Part shown: one piece after another, positions 63,787 to 64,000 of the stretch
Position numbering within the stretch: the first letter of the stretch is position 1
Layout of the letters: every line of letters starts with the position of its first letter
DNA from: a virus
Reading direction: 5' to 3' (one strand)
DNA: 64,000 bases
Virus record (IMG/VR): IMGVR_UViG_3300012815_000001
The notes under the pieces: generated by a model
Told to the model about the DNA's origin: nothing
Database searches by the model: none
The model's input: the letters and a program-made list of their open reading frames with translations, nothing else
Made by a program: the position numbers and the translations under genes

Positions 63787-64000
63787 ATGCACTCAACACA
63801 ACTTATCGTCATTGCAGTCGGAACGCTGCTCGGTTTTGCTGCCCTATTTTTTTATATCCGAAAAGCGTTGAAACGCGCATTGAAACGCAGCTATCAGCGG
63901 GGCGTGGATAACGGAAGGACGTTCCAGCTCTGGAGAGTGGAGACATTGAACCTTGACCTTCATCAAGCGGAAATCACCCACCAGACCGAAATAGCGAAAC
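63787..64000 (+). CDS. Membrane-anchored phage protein (truncated by window edge)
   Basis: RBS GAGGT, MHSTQLIVIAVGTLLGFAALFFYIRK. Confidence 0.6.
   Translation, partial: MHSTQLIVIAVGTLLGFAALFFYIRKALKRALKRSYQRGVDNGRTFQLWRVETLNLDLHQAEITHQTEIAK

Larger units (their letters stand above)
27729..64000. mobile_element. Lambdoid siphoprophage (right end and integrase beyond window)
   Basis: Complete lysis, tail, head, packaging, replication and immunity modules in canonical order; bounded by the att core. Confidence 0.95.

Overview
The window joins two mobile elements at a 26-bp copy of the 3' end of a tRNA-Ser gene (27703-27728, minus strand), probably in a Pseudomonas genome (host inferred from the tRNA tail and phage gene content). 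LEFT (1 to ~27600): an AT-rich, plasmid-like island. Its mostly hypothetical backbone genes share one extended -10 promoter (AAATGGTATAAT) with Shine-Dalgarno-less AAACAAAC leaders. It carries two tandem DotA/TraY-like membrane proteins, a Cys-repeat secreted adhesin-like protein and a candidate replicon (three palindromic repeats, wHTH gene, RepL-like gene, degenerate RepB-type primase). Accessory genes include a coupled operon of three different HEPN-superfamily genes, a RelE-like/HTH toxin-antitoxin pair, SRAP, a GGCT-like gene, a PIN-like gene and an orphan adenine methyltransferase. RIGHT (~27730 to 64000, running past the edge; integrase not in window): a GC-rich lambdoid siphoprophage with spanins and GH19 endolysin, tailspike, GTA-type tail tip, tape measure, tail tube, Mu-gpT-like capsid, S49 protease, portal, lambda-type terminase and cos, holins, Q-like regulator, iteron origin, primase-helicase, cII/cro/cI and the leftward early operon. 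The most striking unexplained signals are: (1) a two-hairpin element between cro and cII whose two loop sequences match, over 10-14 nt, six sites in leaders and start codons of the early operon; (2) an anchorless second copy of the tailspike beta-helix with its own LexA box and terminator; (3) the triple-HEPN operon; (4) the integrated replicon and its shared-promoter regulon. All family assignments are by-eye motif recognition; no database searches were run.
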